From the NCBI GenBank assembly GCA_963838035.1, contig CAWIPM010000009.1:40229-104228 (forward strand): a DNA stretch of 64,000 nt, given 5' to 3'. Origin of the DNA: an uncultured Solirubrobacterales bacterium (GTDB taxonomy: Bacteria > Actinomycetota > Thermoleophilia > Solirubrobacterales > 70-9). The translations under genes and the position numbers were made by a program. How positions within the stretch are numbered: the stretch's first letter is position 1; every line of letters starts with the position of its first letter. Below the pieces are notes generated by a model, which worked only from the letters and a program-made list of their open reading frames with translations, was not told where the DNA came from and made no database searches. This document shows, piece after piece, positions 48,918-59,001 of this stretch.

Positions 48918-51900
48918 GTGTTGCTAAGGAGGAGCAGGGGGCGCGACGGGAAGCTGCGCGAAAAGGGGGACCGCCGTGTCCCGCTGACGCTGCGTCACCC
49001 ACGCCGGGCGCTGGCCATCGCGGCGCTCCTGATCGCCGCTCTCGCTGCGTTTGGCTTCAGCCTCGAGGAAAAGCTCAGCCCGAGCACGCTGGACATCCCC
49101 GGCACCTCGGCCGAACACGCCAACAAGATGTTGACCGAACACTTCGGCAATACGGCGCTGTTCGCGATCCTGCTACAGGGGCCGTCGGCGTCGATCGACC
49201 AGCAGGGCCCTGAACTGGTGCGCACCCTGCGGCGTGACCCGAAGGTCTCCACCCTCTCTCCCTGGGACAAGGGGTCGGTCGGGCGATTGCGCCCCGGCCC
49301 CCGCCGCGCCCTGATTCTCGCCGACTTCCACGTCGGAACCGCGGAGGCGGTCAAGGAAAAGGTCCCGCTGCTCAACCGCATCCTGGAAGAAAGGATCAGC
49401 TCGCCGGTGCGGGCCACCCAGAGCGGTTTCGCCACCCTCACACGGTCGATCCAGGACGAGTCGATCACCGCCAGTGAGCGCGGCGAGCTGATCGCCATGC
49501 CGATCCTCCTGATCGTCCTCCTGCTCGTCTTCCGCTCACCGGTGGCGGCGGCGATCCCGCTCGGCTTCGGCGCCGTCTCGGTTCTGACCTCGCGCGGGCT
49601 GCTCGCGCTCCTCACCAACGTGTTCGGCGTCGACGCGCTGGCACTAACCGTCTGCTCGATGATGGGCCTTGCTCTGGGGGTCGACTACGCCCTCTTGATG
49701 GTCTCGCGCTTCCGCGAAGAGCTGGCAGAAGGCGCCGAGCCGATCGACGCCGCCTGGGCGACCCGGCGAACCGCCGGGCGGACCACGGTCTTCGCGGGCA
49801 GCACGCTGGTGCTGGCAATGGTCGTGGCGATGTTCGTCGTTCCCGGGGCGCTGCTCGCCTCGCTGGCGGCGACCCTGGCGCTGGTCGTCGTGCTGACCGT
49901 CACCGTCGCCACCGTGGTCGGCCCGCCGATCCTCGCTCTGCTCGGCCCCAACGTCGACCGCTGGCGAGTCGGCGCCGCGCCGGACGGCAGTCGCTCGCGG
50001 CTGATGACGTTTGTCTCCGCCGCCCTCCGCCGCCCCGCCCCCGTCGCCGCCGCGATCGGCGTCCTGGTCCTGGCCCTGGTGACGCCGGCGATCGGGCTCA
50101 AGACCGGGCCCTTCAGCGTCTCCCAGCTCCCCCACAACGACCCCGCCCGCCAGGACGCCGAACTGATCCAGAAGTCGATCGGGGCCGGCTTCGAAGCGCC
50201 CTACGTGATCGTCGCCACCACCAAGGACGGCACGATCACCGAACCCGATCGTCTCGCTGCCCTCACTCGGTGGCAACGCAAGATCGCGGCCACGCCCGGC
50301 GTCCAGACGGTGATCGGCCCGGCGCAGGTCTCGCACTCGGTCGCGCCGCTTCGCAGGTCCGGCACGGCGCTGATCTCCGAAAACGAATCGGGCCCGGCGG
50401 CCGGCCTCGGGCGCCTCGGCCACAGCCTGTCCCGCCTGTCTGGCGGCGTCCGCCAGCTGCGCGAAGGCCTCGCCGAAGCCAGCTCCGGCGCCGGCCTGCT
50501 CGCCGACGGCTCCGGCAAGGCCGGCAGCGGCGCGTTGACGATCTCGAACGGCCTCGCCAAGGTCAGCGCCGGCAGCGAAGAACTGGTCAGCGCGATCGAC
50601 GAATTCTCCGCCGGGTCAAAGAAACTGGCTGAAGGCCTGGAAAAAGCGTCGCTCGGCGGGCTCCAGCTGAAGGCAACGCTGCGCGAAACGCCGACCAATC
50701 TGCGCATCAACCCCCAACGCCGCTCCCGCAAAACGCAGAAGTCGCTCAACAAAGACGCCTACGAAACCATGCCGAAGCTGAACGGCGCCGCCGGCGCCGC
50801 CAACGAACAGCTGGCGACCGCGTACCAGCAGCTGCAGGCGATGACTTCGGGGAAAACGGACAGCCATTACGGGGCGGCGCTGGAAGCCGTCGAGAAGGCC
50901 TCGGCGGCGGTCAGCGGCACCAACCCCGCCAGCGGCCAGCCCTACGCCGCCGAATACGCGGGCCTGCCGGCCGAACTCGCGGCGCTTGAAAAACGGCTGC
51001 TCGTCGATCACGAAGAACTCGAACAGATCAGTCATCTCTTGGCGGGTGAAATCAGCAACCTGACCAAGCTGGCCGGGACCGCGGCGGAACTCTCCGAAGG
51101 CCTCGAAAAACTGGAAGAAGGCGGCAAGGAACTCGCCGACGAATCGGCCCGCCTGGCCAAGTCCGTCGAACCGCTGCCGAGCAACCTCGGACGGCTCTAC
51201 GGCGGCGCCGTCTCCCTGGTCGGCGGCATATCCCAGCTCACCGGCGGCGCCACGGCGCTGCAGGAAAACCTCGCCTCCGGATTCCAGCGGGCCGCCCCGA
51301 TCCAGACGGGATTGCGGCGAGCCAGCGTCCGGGTGATCGCCAACAACGCGAAGCTGCAGCGGCGCCTCAGCGGGGTGCGCCGCCAGACGCCCGGAATCTT
51401 CGACTCTGGCTACTTCGTCCTCTCGGCCCTCGACGGCGCGCCGCCGCGCTCGCGCGAAAACGCCTCGGAAGTGGTCGACCTGAACGGCGGCGGCCAGGCT
51501 GCGTCGATGCTGATCTTCTCCCGCTACGGCTTCAACTCTCCCGGCTCGATCGCCCTCAACAAGCGCCTCGACGCCGACGCCGCGGCGCTCGGCAAGGAAG
51601 CCGACGCGACCACCGGCGTCGCCGGCGGGGCCGCCACCCTCAACACATACAGTCAGGTCACCAGGGCCAGGATCCCACTCGTGATCGCGGCAATCACCAT
51701 CGCCACCTTCCTGGTCATGCTCCTGGTCCTGCGGGCCCTGCCGCTGGCGGCGATCGCGGTGGCGCTCAACCTGATCACCGTCGGCGTCGCCTTCGGCGTG
51801 CTGACGCTGCTCTTCAACGTGCCCGAAGGCTGGCCACTGGGCGGGCGCACCTACGTCGACGCGGTGGGGATGACGATGATCTTCGGCGTCGTCTTCGGGC

Positions 51901-52232
51901 TCTCGATCGACTACGCGGTATTCCTGCTCGTGCGGATGCGCGAGCACTACGACCGCGAGGGCGACAACGCCGCCGCGATCGAGTTCGGCCTCGAAAAGAC
52001 CGCGCGGGTGATCACCGGCGCCGCGGTGATCATGATGGCCGTCTTCATCGCCTACGCCGGGGCGCCGATCGCGACGGTCAGCCAGTTGGGGATCGGGCTG
52101 ACCGTCGCGGTGTTGCTGGATGCCACCGTGGTTCGCATCGTCTTCCTACCGGCTTTGATGCTGTTGATCGGCGACAGGGTCTGGTGGGTGCCGCGCTGGC
52201 TGGAGCGCGTCCTTCCCAAGTTGAACGTCTGA
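48918..52232 (+). CDS. MMPL/RND-family transporter with about 330-aa heptad-repeat insertion in the second periplasmic domain
   Basis: Two 6-helix bundles (e.g. GVDYALLMVSRFREE and GLSIDYAVFLLVRMREH) and a long xxxLxxG-type repeat region. The start is uncertain: an AAGGAGG lies inside the ORF at 48926-48932. Confidence 0.85.
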   Translation: MLLRRSRGRDGKLREKGDRRVPLTLRHPRRALAIAALLIAALAAFGFSLEEKLSPSTLDIPGTSAEHANKMLTEHFGNTALFAILLQGPSASIDQQGPELVRTLRRDPKVSTLSPWDKGSVGRLRPGPRRALILADFHVGTAEAVKEKVPLLNRILEERISSPVRATQSGFATLTRSIQDESITASERGELIAMPILLIVLLLVFRSPVAAAIPLGFGAVSVLTSRGLLALLTNVFGVDALALTVCSMMGLALGVDYALLMVSRFREELAEGAEPIDAAWATRRTAGRTTVFAGSTLVLAMVVAMFVVPGALLASLAATLALVVVLTVTVATVVGPPILALLGPNVDRWRVGAAPDGSRSRLMTFVSAALRRPAPVAAAIGVLVLALVTPAIGLKTGPFSVSQLPHNDPARQDAELIQKSIGAGFEAPYVIVATTKDGTITEPDRLAALTRWQRKIAATPGVQTVIGPAQVSHSVAPLRRSGTALISENESGPAAGLGRLGHSLSRLSGGVRQLREGLAEASSGAGLLADGSGKAGSGALTISNGLAKVSAGSEELVSAIDEFSAGSKKLAEGLEKASLGGLQLKATLRETPTNLRINPQRRSRKTQKSLNKDAYETMPKLNGAAGAANEQLATAYQQLQAMTSGKTDSHYGAALEAVEKASAAVSGTNPASGQPYAAEYAGLPAELAALEKRLLVDHEELEQISHLLAGEISNLTKLAGTAAELSEGLEKLEEGGKELADESARLAKSVEPLPSNLGRLYGGAVSLVGGISQLTGGATALQENLASGFQRAAPIQTGLRRASVRVIANNAKLQRRLSGVRRQTPGIFDSGYFVLSALDGAPPRSRENASEVVDLNGGGQAASMLIFSRYGFNSPGSIALNKRLDADAAALGKEADATTGVAGGAATLNTYSQVTRARIPLVIAAITIATFLVMLLVLRALPLAAIAVALNLITVGVAFGVLTLLFNVPEGWPLGGRTYVDAVGMTMIFGVVFGLSIDYAVFLLVRMREHYDREGDNAAAIEFGLEKTARVITGAAVIMMAVFIAYAGAPIATVSQLGIGLTVAVLLDATVVRIVFLPALMLLIGDRVWWVPRWLERVLPKLNV

Positions 52233-52236
52233 CCCG

Positions 52237-53022
52237 TTACGGCTTCTTCTTGCACCCCTGCTTCGAATACGCGGTCAGCGTTACGTTGTCTTTGAAGGTG
52301 AAGGCGCCGCGTGCCTTCAGCGGTGACTTCTTGCACTCGGCAATGACGTAGCTGCGCTGCTTGCCCTTGTACTTGAACTTCTTGGAGATCGTGGTTTCGA
52401 AATCGGTCAACGCGCCGGTGCCGCCTGCGATCAACGGGATGTTGATGTTCAGGCGAGGGCCGTAGCCTTCCTTGTTGAGGCCGACGACGGTGCCTTCCAG
52501 CACGAGCGTCACCTGAACCGGCGATTCGCCGAAGGTGTGAAGGAGGACGACCGGGACGTTGCCCTGGGGCGGGCCGTTGAAGGCGGTCACGGTCTGGTTC
52601 TGGACGAAGACCTGGGAGCCGACCGCCAGCAGCGCCGACGCCTTGCCGCCGCCGATCTTCGCCTTGCCGCATTCGCGCAGCGCGATCTGGGTCGAGGTGT
52701 TCTGGATCTTGCCTGGATTGCAGGTCGGGACGCCCTTGGCGAAGATCTTGACGTTCTTGTCGAAGTCGACCACCGCATTGATCGCCGGCGACGGCACGCC
52801 GTTGGCGGACGTGGTCGACGTCGTTTTCGTCGTGACCCTGAGTGTCGCGGGGGTCGGCTTGCTCTTCGAGAGCTTCTTTGGCGAGAGCTGCACGCCGATT
52901 GCCTGCGTGTTCCCGTCGCTGCCTACGACGGTGGGGCCCAATTGGCCCGCGAGGGCTGTGGACGCGATGATCGCGGTCACGGCTATCGCGGAGCCCACAA
53001 TCAGAGTCGGACGTTTGCGCAT
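52237..53022 (-). CDS. secreted four-cysteine protein, paralog B
   Basis: Signal peptide MRKRPTLIVGSAIAVTAIIASTALA. Motifs GVPTC, FNG, IPLIAGGTGALT, RSYVIAEC and a C-terminal C. AGGAG lies 6 nt upstream of the ATG at 53022. Confidence 0.6.
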   Translation of the reverse strand: MRKRPTLIVGSAIAVTAIIASTALAGQLGPTVVGSDGNTQAIGVQLSPKKLSKSKPTPATLRVTTKTTSTTSANGVPSPAINAVVDFDKNVKIFAKGVPTCNPGKIQNTSTQIALRECGKAKIGGGKASALLAVGSQVFVQNQTVTAFNGPPQGNVPVVLLHTFGESPVQVTLVLEGTVVGLNKEGYGPRLNINIPLIAGGTGALTDFETTISKKFKYKGKQRSYVIAECKKSPLKARGAFTFKDNVTLTAYSKQGCKKKP

Positions 53023-53208
53023 GGCATCTCCTGGTTCGAAAACATTGGCCAAGCGCCTCCCAGTGCAATAACCGTGCTGCACCTCCAGAGTAGCGCGTTG
53101 ACTTCCAGTTAAGTCCCTGTTCCAGGCACGCGTGACGGCTGGTCGCTTGGATACGATTCCGGCGCCGTTCTACCGGGTCGGAGGCCGGGGAACGACAAGC
53201 GACGACCC

Positions 53209-54612
53209 GTGGCTGCCAAACCCTTAGGCGAGGAGAAAAGCACGGCGCAAAGCCGGGGGATCACCCCAGCGCGGATTGCCGTGATCGCGGGGCTGGCGGC
53301 GGCCGTCATCGCCCTCGCCGTCATCCTCTTCAGCGGCGACGGCGAACACCAATACAACCTCCTCTTCCAGAACGCGGGCCAGCTCGTCCCGGAAAACCAG
53401 GTCCTGATCGGCGGGTCGCCCGTCGGCTCGGTAGACAGCATCGACCTGACCGCCAACAACCTCGCCGAAGTCCACGTCACCGTCGATCAGCAGCTGCATG
53501 AAGGCTCCACCGCGGTGATCCGCGCCACCTCGCTCTCGGGGGTCGCCAACCACTACGTCTCGATCAGCCCGGGCCCCAACAGCAACCCGCCACTCGGCGA
53601 AGGCTCCACGCTGGGCCTCGCCGCGACCACCACCCCGGTCGACATCGACCAGCTCTTCAACACCTTTCCGAACCCGGTGCGCCGCGCCCTCGGCCAGTTC
53701 GTCCGCGGCAACGCGGCCATCTACGCCGGCCGCGGCAAGGACGCGAACCAGACCTACAAGTACTTCGGGCCGGGGCTCAACCGCACCGCAGCCTTCGTCC
53801 ACGAACTGAATGCGGACCAGAGGCTCTTCGAGCGCTTCGTCGTCAGCTCCAGCAAGCTGGCGACCGCGGTCTCCCAGCGCGGCGAACAGCTCTCAAGCGC
53901 GATCTCCAACGCCAGCACCGCATTCGGGGCGATTGCCGCCCAGAACACCGCCCTCGACCGCAGCCTGCGCCTGCTGCCGCCGTTCCTGCGCCAGAGCAAC
54001 ACCACCTTCGTCAACCTTCGTGCCGCCCTCGACGACGTCGAACCGCTCTTCGACACGGCGAAGTCGGCGACCAAGAACCTCGCCCCGTTCCTGGCCGAAC
54101 TCCGCCCCGTCGTCTCCAAAGCCGTCCCGGTCTTCAAGAACCTCCGCCTCACCGTGCGCCGTCCCGGAAGCGCCAATGACGCCGCCGAGCTTCTCGCCGC
54201 GCTGCCGGCGGTGCAGGAGCGGGCCTCCAAGGCCTTCCCCCACTCCGAAGACGCGATCGCAGCCTTCCTGCCCAATCTCGCCTTCGCCCGCGCCTACACG
54301 CCGGACATCTTCAACGGGTTCGCGAAGGTCGGCCAGGTCGCGGGCTACTACGACGGCAACGGCAACTACGTCAGGGCGGCGACGGCCGACCTCAACCTCT
54401 TCAACTACAACAGCGGCAGCGGCGTCCTTGAACCGATCGCGCCGAGCGAACAGTTCGACGTCTTCGGGCCTGAAGCCGGTCCGCTGCGACGCTGCCCGGG
54501 CGGCGCAGTCCAGCCCGCCCCCGACGGTTCCAACCCCTTCGTCGACCCGCCCTGGAGCGGCGCTCCGACCTCGTCCGAATGCAACCCGGCCGATGTGCCT
54601 CCTGGACCATGA
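53209..54612 (+). CDS. Mce/MlaD-domain protein 1 of 6
   Basis: N-terminal helix IAVIAGLAAAVIALAVILF, then an MlaD-type segment (VLIGGSPVGSVDSIDL...VIRATSLSGVANHYVSISPGP) and a long helical C-terminal region. Confidence 0.85.
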   Translation: MAAKPLGEEKSTAQSRGITPARIAVIAGLAAAVIALAVILFSGDGEHQYNLLFQNAGQLVPENQVLIGGSPVGSVDSIDLTANNLAEVHVTVDQQLHEGSTAVIRATSLSGVANHYVSISPGPNSNPPLGEGSTLGLAATTTPVDIDQLFNTFPNPVRRALGQFVRGNAAIYAGRGKDANQTYKYFGPGLNRTAAFVHELNADQRLFERFVVSSSKLATAVSQRGEQLSSAISNASTAFGAIAAQNTALDRSLRLLPPFLRQSNTTFVNLRAALDDVEPLFDTAKSATKNLAPFLAELRPVVSKAVPVFKNLRLTVRRPGSANDAAELLAALPAVQERASKAFPHSEDAIAAFLPNLAFARAYTPDIFNGFAKVGQVAGYYDGNGNYVRAATADLNLFNYNSGSGVLEPIAPSEQFDVFGPEAGPLRRCPGGAVQPAPDGSNPFVDPPWSGAPTSSECNPADVPPGP

Positions 54613-56068
54613 GAAGGAAGCTGATCACAACCGCCCTGGTCGTCGCCTTCGTCGTCGTGGTCGTTCTGGTCGTCTCCGGCGGGGGCGGCGGTAACGGGTA
54701 CGTCGTCCGCGCTGCCTTCGACAGCGGCGGCTTCATGGTCCAGGGCGAGCAGGTTCGGGTGGCCGGGGCGAACGTCGGGGAAATCAAGTCGGTCAGCGTT
54801 TCGATGCCGGGCGAACTCGACAGCTACAAGGACGGCAAGCTGCAGGCCGTTCCGGGCAAAGCGCTGATCGAGATGGAAATCACCGATCCCGGCTTCCAGG
54901 ACTTTCGCAGCGACGCCAGCTGCGAGATCCGCCCGCAGTCGCTGATCGGTGAGAAGTTCGTCGACTGCCGACCCGACCCTGCCGCGCGCCCCTGGATCGC
55001 CGCCGGCACCTCCTCTGAAGAAGATCCCCTCCGGTCAGCCGGGCGCCGGCGAGTACCTGCTGCCGTTGGAGAACAACAGCACCAGTGTCGACCCCGATCT
55101 GATCAACAACATCCAATCCCTGCCCTACGCGCAGCGCTTCCGCCTCATTCTCAACGAACTCGGCGCCGGTCTGGCCGGGCGCGGCAAGCGACATCGAAGA
55201 AGTCGTCGAGCGCGCCAACCCCGTGCTGCGCGAAACCGACCGTCTCTTCGCAATCCTCGCCGCCCAGCGCCACCAGCTCGCTCAGCTCGCCAGCGACTCC
55301 GAGGAAATCCTGGGGCCGCTCTCGCGCGAGCGCGCCCACGTCGCCGGCTTCCTCGCCAACTCCGGCGCCGCCGCGCAGGCCAGCTCCGAACGCGGTCCCG
55401 AGCTGGAAGCCTCGCTGCGCAAGTTCCCCCGCTTCCTGCGCGAGTTCCGGCTGACGATGCGAAGCCTGCAGGGCTTCTCCGACGCGGGGACGCCGGTCTT
55501 CTCCTACCTCGACAAGGCTGCCCCCTCGCTGACCGACGCGACCAAGGAGCTGGCCCCGTTCTCCGAAGCCTCGACGGTGGCGCTGAAGAGCCTCGGCCAG
55601 ACCGGCGAAGTCGCCGGGCCGCTGCTGCGCGAAGCCGACCCGATCGTCCGCAAGACGACCGAACTTTCCAAGACCGGCGTCGCCCCGACCACGAATCTCG
55701 CCAAGTTCCTGGTCAACACGAAGAAGACCGGCGGTTGGGGCCGGTTGGTCAAATTGATCTACAACACGACTGCGGCGATCAACGGCTTCGACCAGTACGG
55801 CCACTTCGCCAGGACGCTGGTGACTCTCACCAATTGCGTCGACTACGAAGTCCATCCGGGATGTGGCGGCAGCGCCAACTTCACCGGCCCCGGGGCCGCC
55901 ACCTCGGCGACGACCAATCCGGCCCTCCTGTATCGAAAGCTCGAGCGCGACCTGGCCCGCCAGTCCGGAGGAACCGCCGCCTCGTCCTCGTCCTCGTCGC
56001 CGAGCGGCCCCGGCCAGAGCAAGACCGGCGGCACCGCCCCGCTCCTCAACTACCTCCTGGGCCCATGA
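54609..56068 (+). pseudogene. Mce/MlaD-domain protein 2 of 6, coding sequence spread over three frames (two extra bases)
   Basis: The length of 1460 nt equals 3n+2. Frame 1 reads MRRKLITTALVV...IRPQSLIGEKFVDC. Frame 2 reads ...EYLLPLENNSTSVDPDLINNIQSLPYAQRFRLILNELGAGLAGRG. Frame 3 reads DIEEVVERANPVLRETDRLF... and runs to the stop at 56068. Confidence 0.7.
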
Positions 56069-57495
56069 AGAGTCGCAGCGGACTGACAGGAGTCGCGAGC
56101 AGCCCGGTGCTGGTCGGCGCGGTCACGGTCCTGGTCGTGATCGTCGCCGTCTTCCTCGCCTACAACGCCAACAACGGCCTCCCATTCGTCTCCACCTACA
56201 ACCTCAAGGCCCAGCTCCCCAATGCCGACGCGCTGGTCAAGGGCAACGAGGTGCGCATCGGCGGCGTCCGAGTCGGCATCGTCAAGTCGGTGGTTCCAGT
56301 CCAGCTCGGCAACGGCCGTGTCGCCGCCCAGCTGTCGCTCAGCCTCGACAAGAGCGTCGAGCCGCTTCCGGTCGACTCGACGATGATCGTCCGGCCGAAG
56401 TCGGCGCTCGGGCTCAAGTACCTGCAGGTGACCCCCGGAAACTCGTCGCAGGGCTTTGCCGCGGGCGAAACGATCCCCCCCTCCGCCGCCCGTCCCGAAC
56501 CGGTCGACATCGACCAGTTCTTCGACATGTTCGACGAAAAGACGCGCAAAGCGATCCAGCGCAATGAGGCGGGCTTCGGCAACGCGCTGGCCGGCCGCGG
56601 CCCGCAGCTGAACGAAGCGTTCGGCGCGCTTCGCCGCCTGGTCGAAAGCAGCCAGCCGGTGCTGCGGACGATCGTCGCACCGAGCACCGACTTCGGTGGC
56701 TTCTGGAGAGCGCTGGAGGACCTCTCGGCCACCGTTGCACCGGTCGCCGAGACGCAGGCGAGCCTCTTCGTCGCCCTCGACCGCACCTTCGCCGCCTTCG
56801 CCCGCGTCTCCCGCCCATTCATCCAGGAAACGATCTCCAAGAGCCCCTCGACTCTCGACACCGCCAACGCCGACCTGCCGACGCTGCGGCCCTTCCTGCA
56901 CGACTCCGAACAGTTCTTCGTTGCCCTCAAGCCCGGCGCCAAGGCGCTGGCCGAAACCTCGCCGACGATCGCCGCCGCCCTGCACGCCGGCGTTCCTGCC
57001 CTCAACAAATCACCGATCCTCAACGCCCAGCTGGTGCCGACCGCGAAGGCGCTGCTCGCCTTCCAGAGCGCTCCCGGCGTCTTCAACGGGCTCGATCTGC
57101 TGATCGACACGAACAAGACCCTCGGCCCGGCGATCAAGTTCATCGGCCCGGCGCAGACGACCTGCAACTACCTGACTCTCGCCTTCAGGAATCTCGCCAG
57201 CGCGACCGAAGGGAGCGACGGGCTGGGCAACTGGCTCAACTTCATCTCCTTCACCCCCCCCGAAGGGCCGAACAACGAGGGCAGCCCGGCCTCGGCGCCG
57301 GCCAACGGAGGCGAAGTCAAAAACCACCTCCATTACAACCCCTACCCGAACACCGCTTCCCCGGGGCAGCCGAAGACGTGCGAAGCGGGCAACGTCCGTT
57401 ACCTGAGCGGCCAGACCGTGATCGGCCCATCCCCGGGGAATCCGCACACCACCACCACCTCGGGCCAGCTGGAAGGGCAGGGGGGTTCCAAGTGA
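56065..57495 (+). CDS. Mce/MlaD-domain protein 3 of 6
   Basis: Starts at the ATG at 56065 with an ATGA overlap. The sequence runs MKSRSGLTGVASSPVLVGAVTVLVVIVAVF...VRIGGVRVGIVKSV...IVRPKSALGLKYLQVTPG. It is embedded in the chimeric 848-aa track ORF. Confidence 0.85.
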   Translation: MKSRSGLTGVASSPVLVGAVTVLVVIVAVFLAYNANNGLPFVSTYNLKAQLPNADALVKGNEVRIGGVRVGIVKSVVPVQLGNGRVAAQLSLSLDKSVEPLPVDSTMIVRPKSALGLKYLQVTPGNSSQGFAAGETIPPSAARPEPVDIDQFFDMFDEKTRKAIQRNEAGFGNALAGRGPQLNEAFGALRRLVESSQPVLRTIVAPSTDFGGFWRALEDLSATVAPVAETQASLFVALDRTFAAFARVSRPFIQETISKSPSTLDTANADLPTLRPFLHDSEQFFVALKPGAKALAETSPTIAAALHAGVPALNKSPILNAQLVPTAKALLAFQSAPGVFNGLDLLIDTNKTLGPAIKFIGPAQTTCNYLTLAFRNLASATEGSDGLGNWLNFISFTPPEGPNNEGSPASAPANGGEVKNHLHYNPYPNTASPGQPKTCEAGNVRYLSGQTVIGPSPGNPHTTTTSGQLEGQGGSK

Positions 57496-59001
57496 GCCGT
57501 CTTCCCGAGCGCGACATCAGGCAGGGGGCCACCAACCGCCGCTTCAAGTGGCGACCCAGCAACGCGATGATCGCGGTGATCTTCATCGTCGTCTTCACGG
57601 TCGGTCCCTACCTGGCCTTCACCGGCCATGTGCCCTTCACCAGCTACGGCTACGAGCTGAAGGCGACCTTCTCCAACTCGGCCAACATCGCGCTCAACTC
57701 GCCGGTGCGGATCGCCGGCGTCGAAGTCGGCCAGGTGATCTCGGCCGAACGCGACGGCGACAACACCACGGTCACCTTCACGGTCAGCGAATCCGGGACG
57801 GCCGGTCCACACCGACGCCTTCGCCGCGATCAGGCCGCGGATCTTCCTCGAGGGCAACTTCTTCGTCGATCTGGACCCCGGCAGCCCGAGCGCGCCGGAC
57901 ATGGCCAGCGGCGCGACGATCCCGGTCAGCCACACCTCCACCGCGGTCCAGCTCGACCAGATCCTCACCGCGCTGCAGTCGCCGGTGCGGGCCGACCTCA
58001 GCCGCCTGCTGGAGAGCTACGGTGAAGCGCTTACGCATAAGCCGACGGCGGCCGAAGACGCGACACAGCTCCCCGAGGTGAAAGGCAAGACGGGCGCCGA
58101 GGGGCTGAACGGCGCCTTCAAGTACGGCGGCCCGGCCGGTCGTTACAGCGCCCAGGTCAGCAATGCTCTCCTCGGCACCCAGCCGCACGATCTCTCGCGC
58201 CTGATCGCCGGCGCCGGGCGCACCTTCGGCGCCTTCGCCAGCCGCGAGAGCGATCTCCAGGGCCTGATCGTCAACTTCGACACCTTCACCGGCGCCCTCG
58301 CCGCCCAATCGGCCAATCTCACGGCGACCGTCCACCGCCTCGCCCCGGCTCTGGCGGCCGGCCGCGCCTCGCTGGTCAGCCTCAACCGCACGCTGCCGCC
58401 GCTGCGCACCTATGCGATCGAGCTGACGCCCGCGGTGGCCGAGCTGCCGGGGCTGATCGCCGCCTCGAAACCATGGCTCGAACAGGCGCGCCCGCTGCTC
58501 TCCGGCAAGGAGGGCGGCGGCGTGGCCAAGCTGCTCGCCGAGCTGACGCCGGGCCTCGCCGGCGCCGCCCAGGCGGGCAAGGCGAACGCCCTGCCTCAAC
58601 TCAACCGGATCAGCCTCTGCACCACCAAGGTGCTGGTCCCGACCGGCAATCAGACGATCAACGATCGCTTCAGCACCGGCGGCCCCAATTACCGCGAGTT
58701 CCTCTTCTACCTCGCCAACTTCTCCGGTCAGGCCGAGAACTTCGACGGAAACGGCCCCTACCTGCGCATCCAGGGCGGTGGTGGGGAAAAGCTGGTGGAA
58801 GAGTCGAATCTGAAAGCCCCGCTCATCTCCGACCAGAAGCAGTTCGCCCACTCGGCCGTCTCTCCGCTCGGCACCCAGCCCCAGCTCGGTGGACGCCCCC
58901 CGTTGAAGCCGGAAGTGGACTGCTTCGACAACCCCGTCCCCGACGTGAACGCCGGCCTCGGCCAGGTCGGAGCGCCCAGCCCCGTGGCGGTGAACCCATG
59001 A
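57492..59001 (+). pseudogene. Mce/MlaD-domain protein 4 of 6, one extra base near 57795-57799
   Basis: The length of 1510 nt equals 3n+1. Frame 1 reads VSRLPERD...VRIAGVEVGQVISAERDGDNTTVTFTVSESG. The next frame reads RPVHTDAFAAIRPRIFLEGNFFVDLDPG... and runs to the stop at 59001. Confidence 0.7.

Noticed and set aside
53040-53068. Shared TTGC-N19-ATGTT promoter-like spacing upstream of paralogs B (53040-53068) and C (62894-62922)
   Set aside because: Only nine matching positions. The distances to the two start codons differ (18 versus 82 nt). ATGTTx is a poor -10 hexamer, and no equivalent lies upstream of paralog A.
54949-57495. 848-aa ORF in the track that looks like one giant protein
   Set aside because: It is a chimera. 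Its first ~80 codons are the middle, frameshifted segment of mce gene 2. The next ~290 codons are Arg/Pro/Ala-rich out-of-frame read-through of mce2. The rest, from the ATG at 56065, is the intact mce gene 3.
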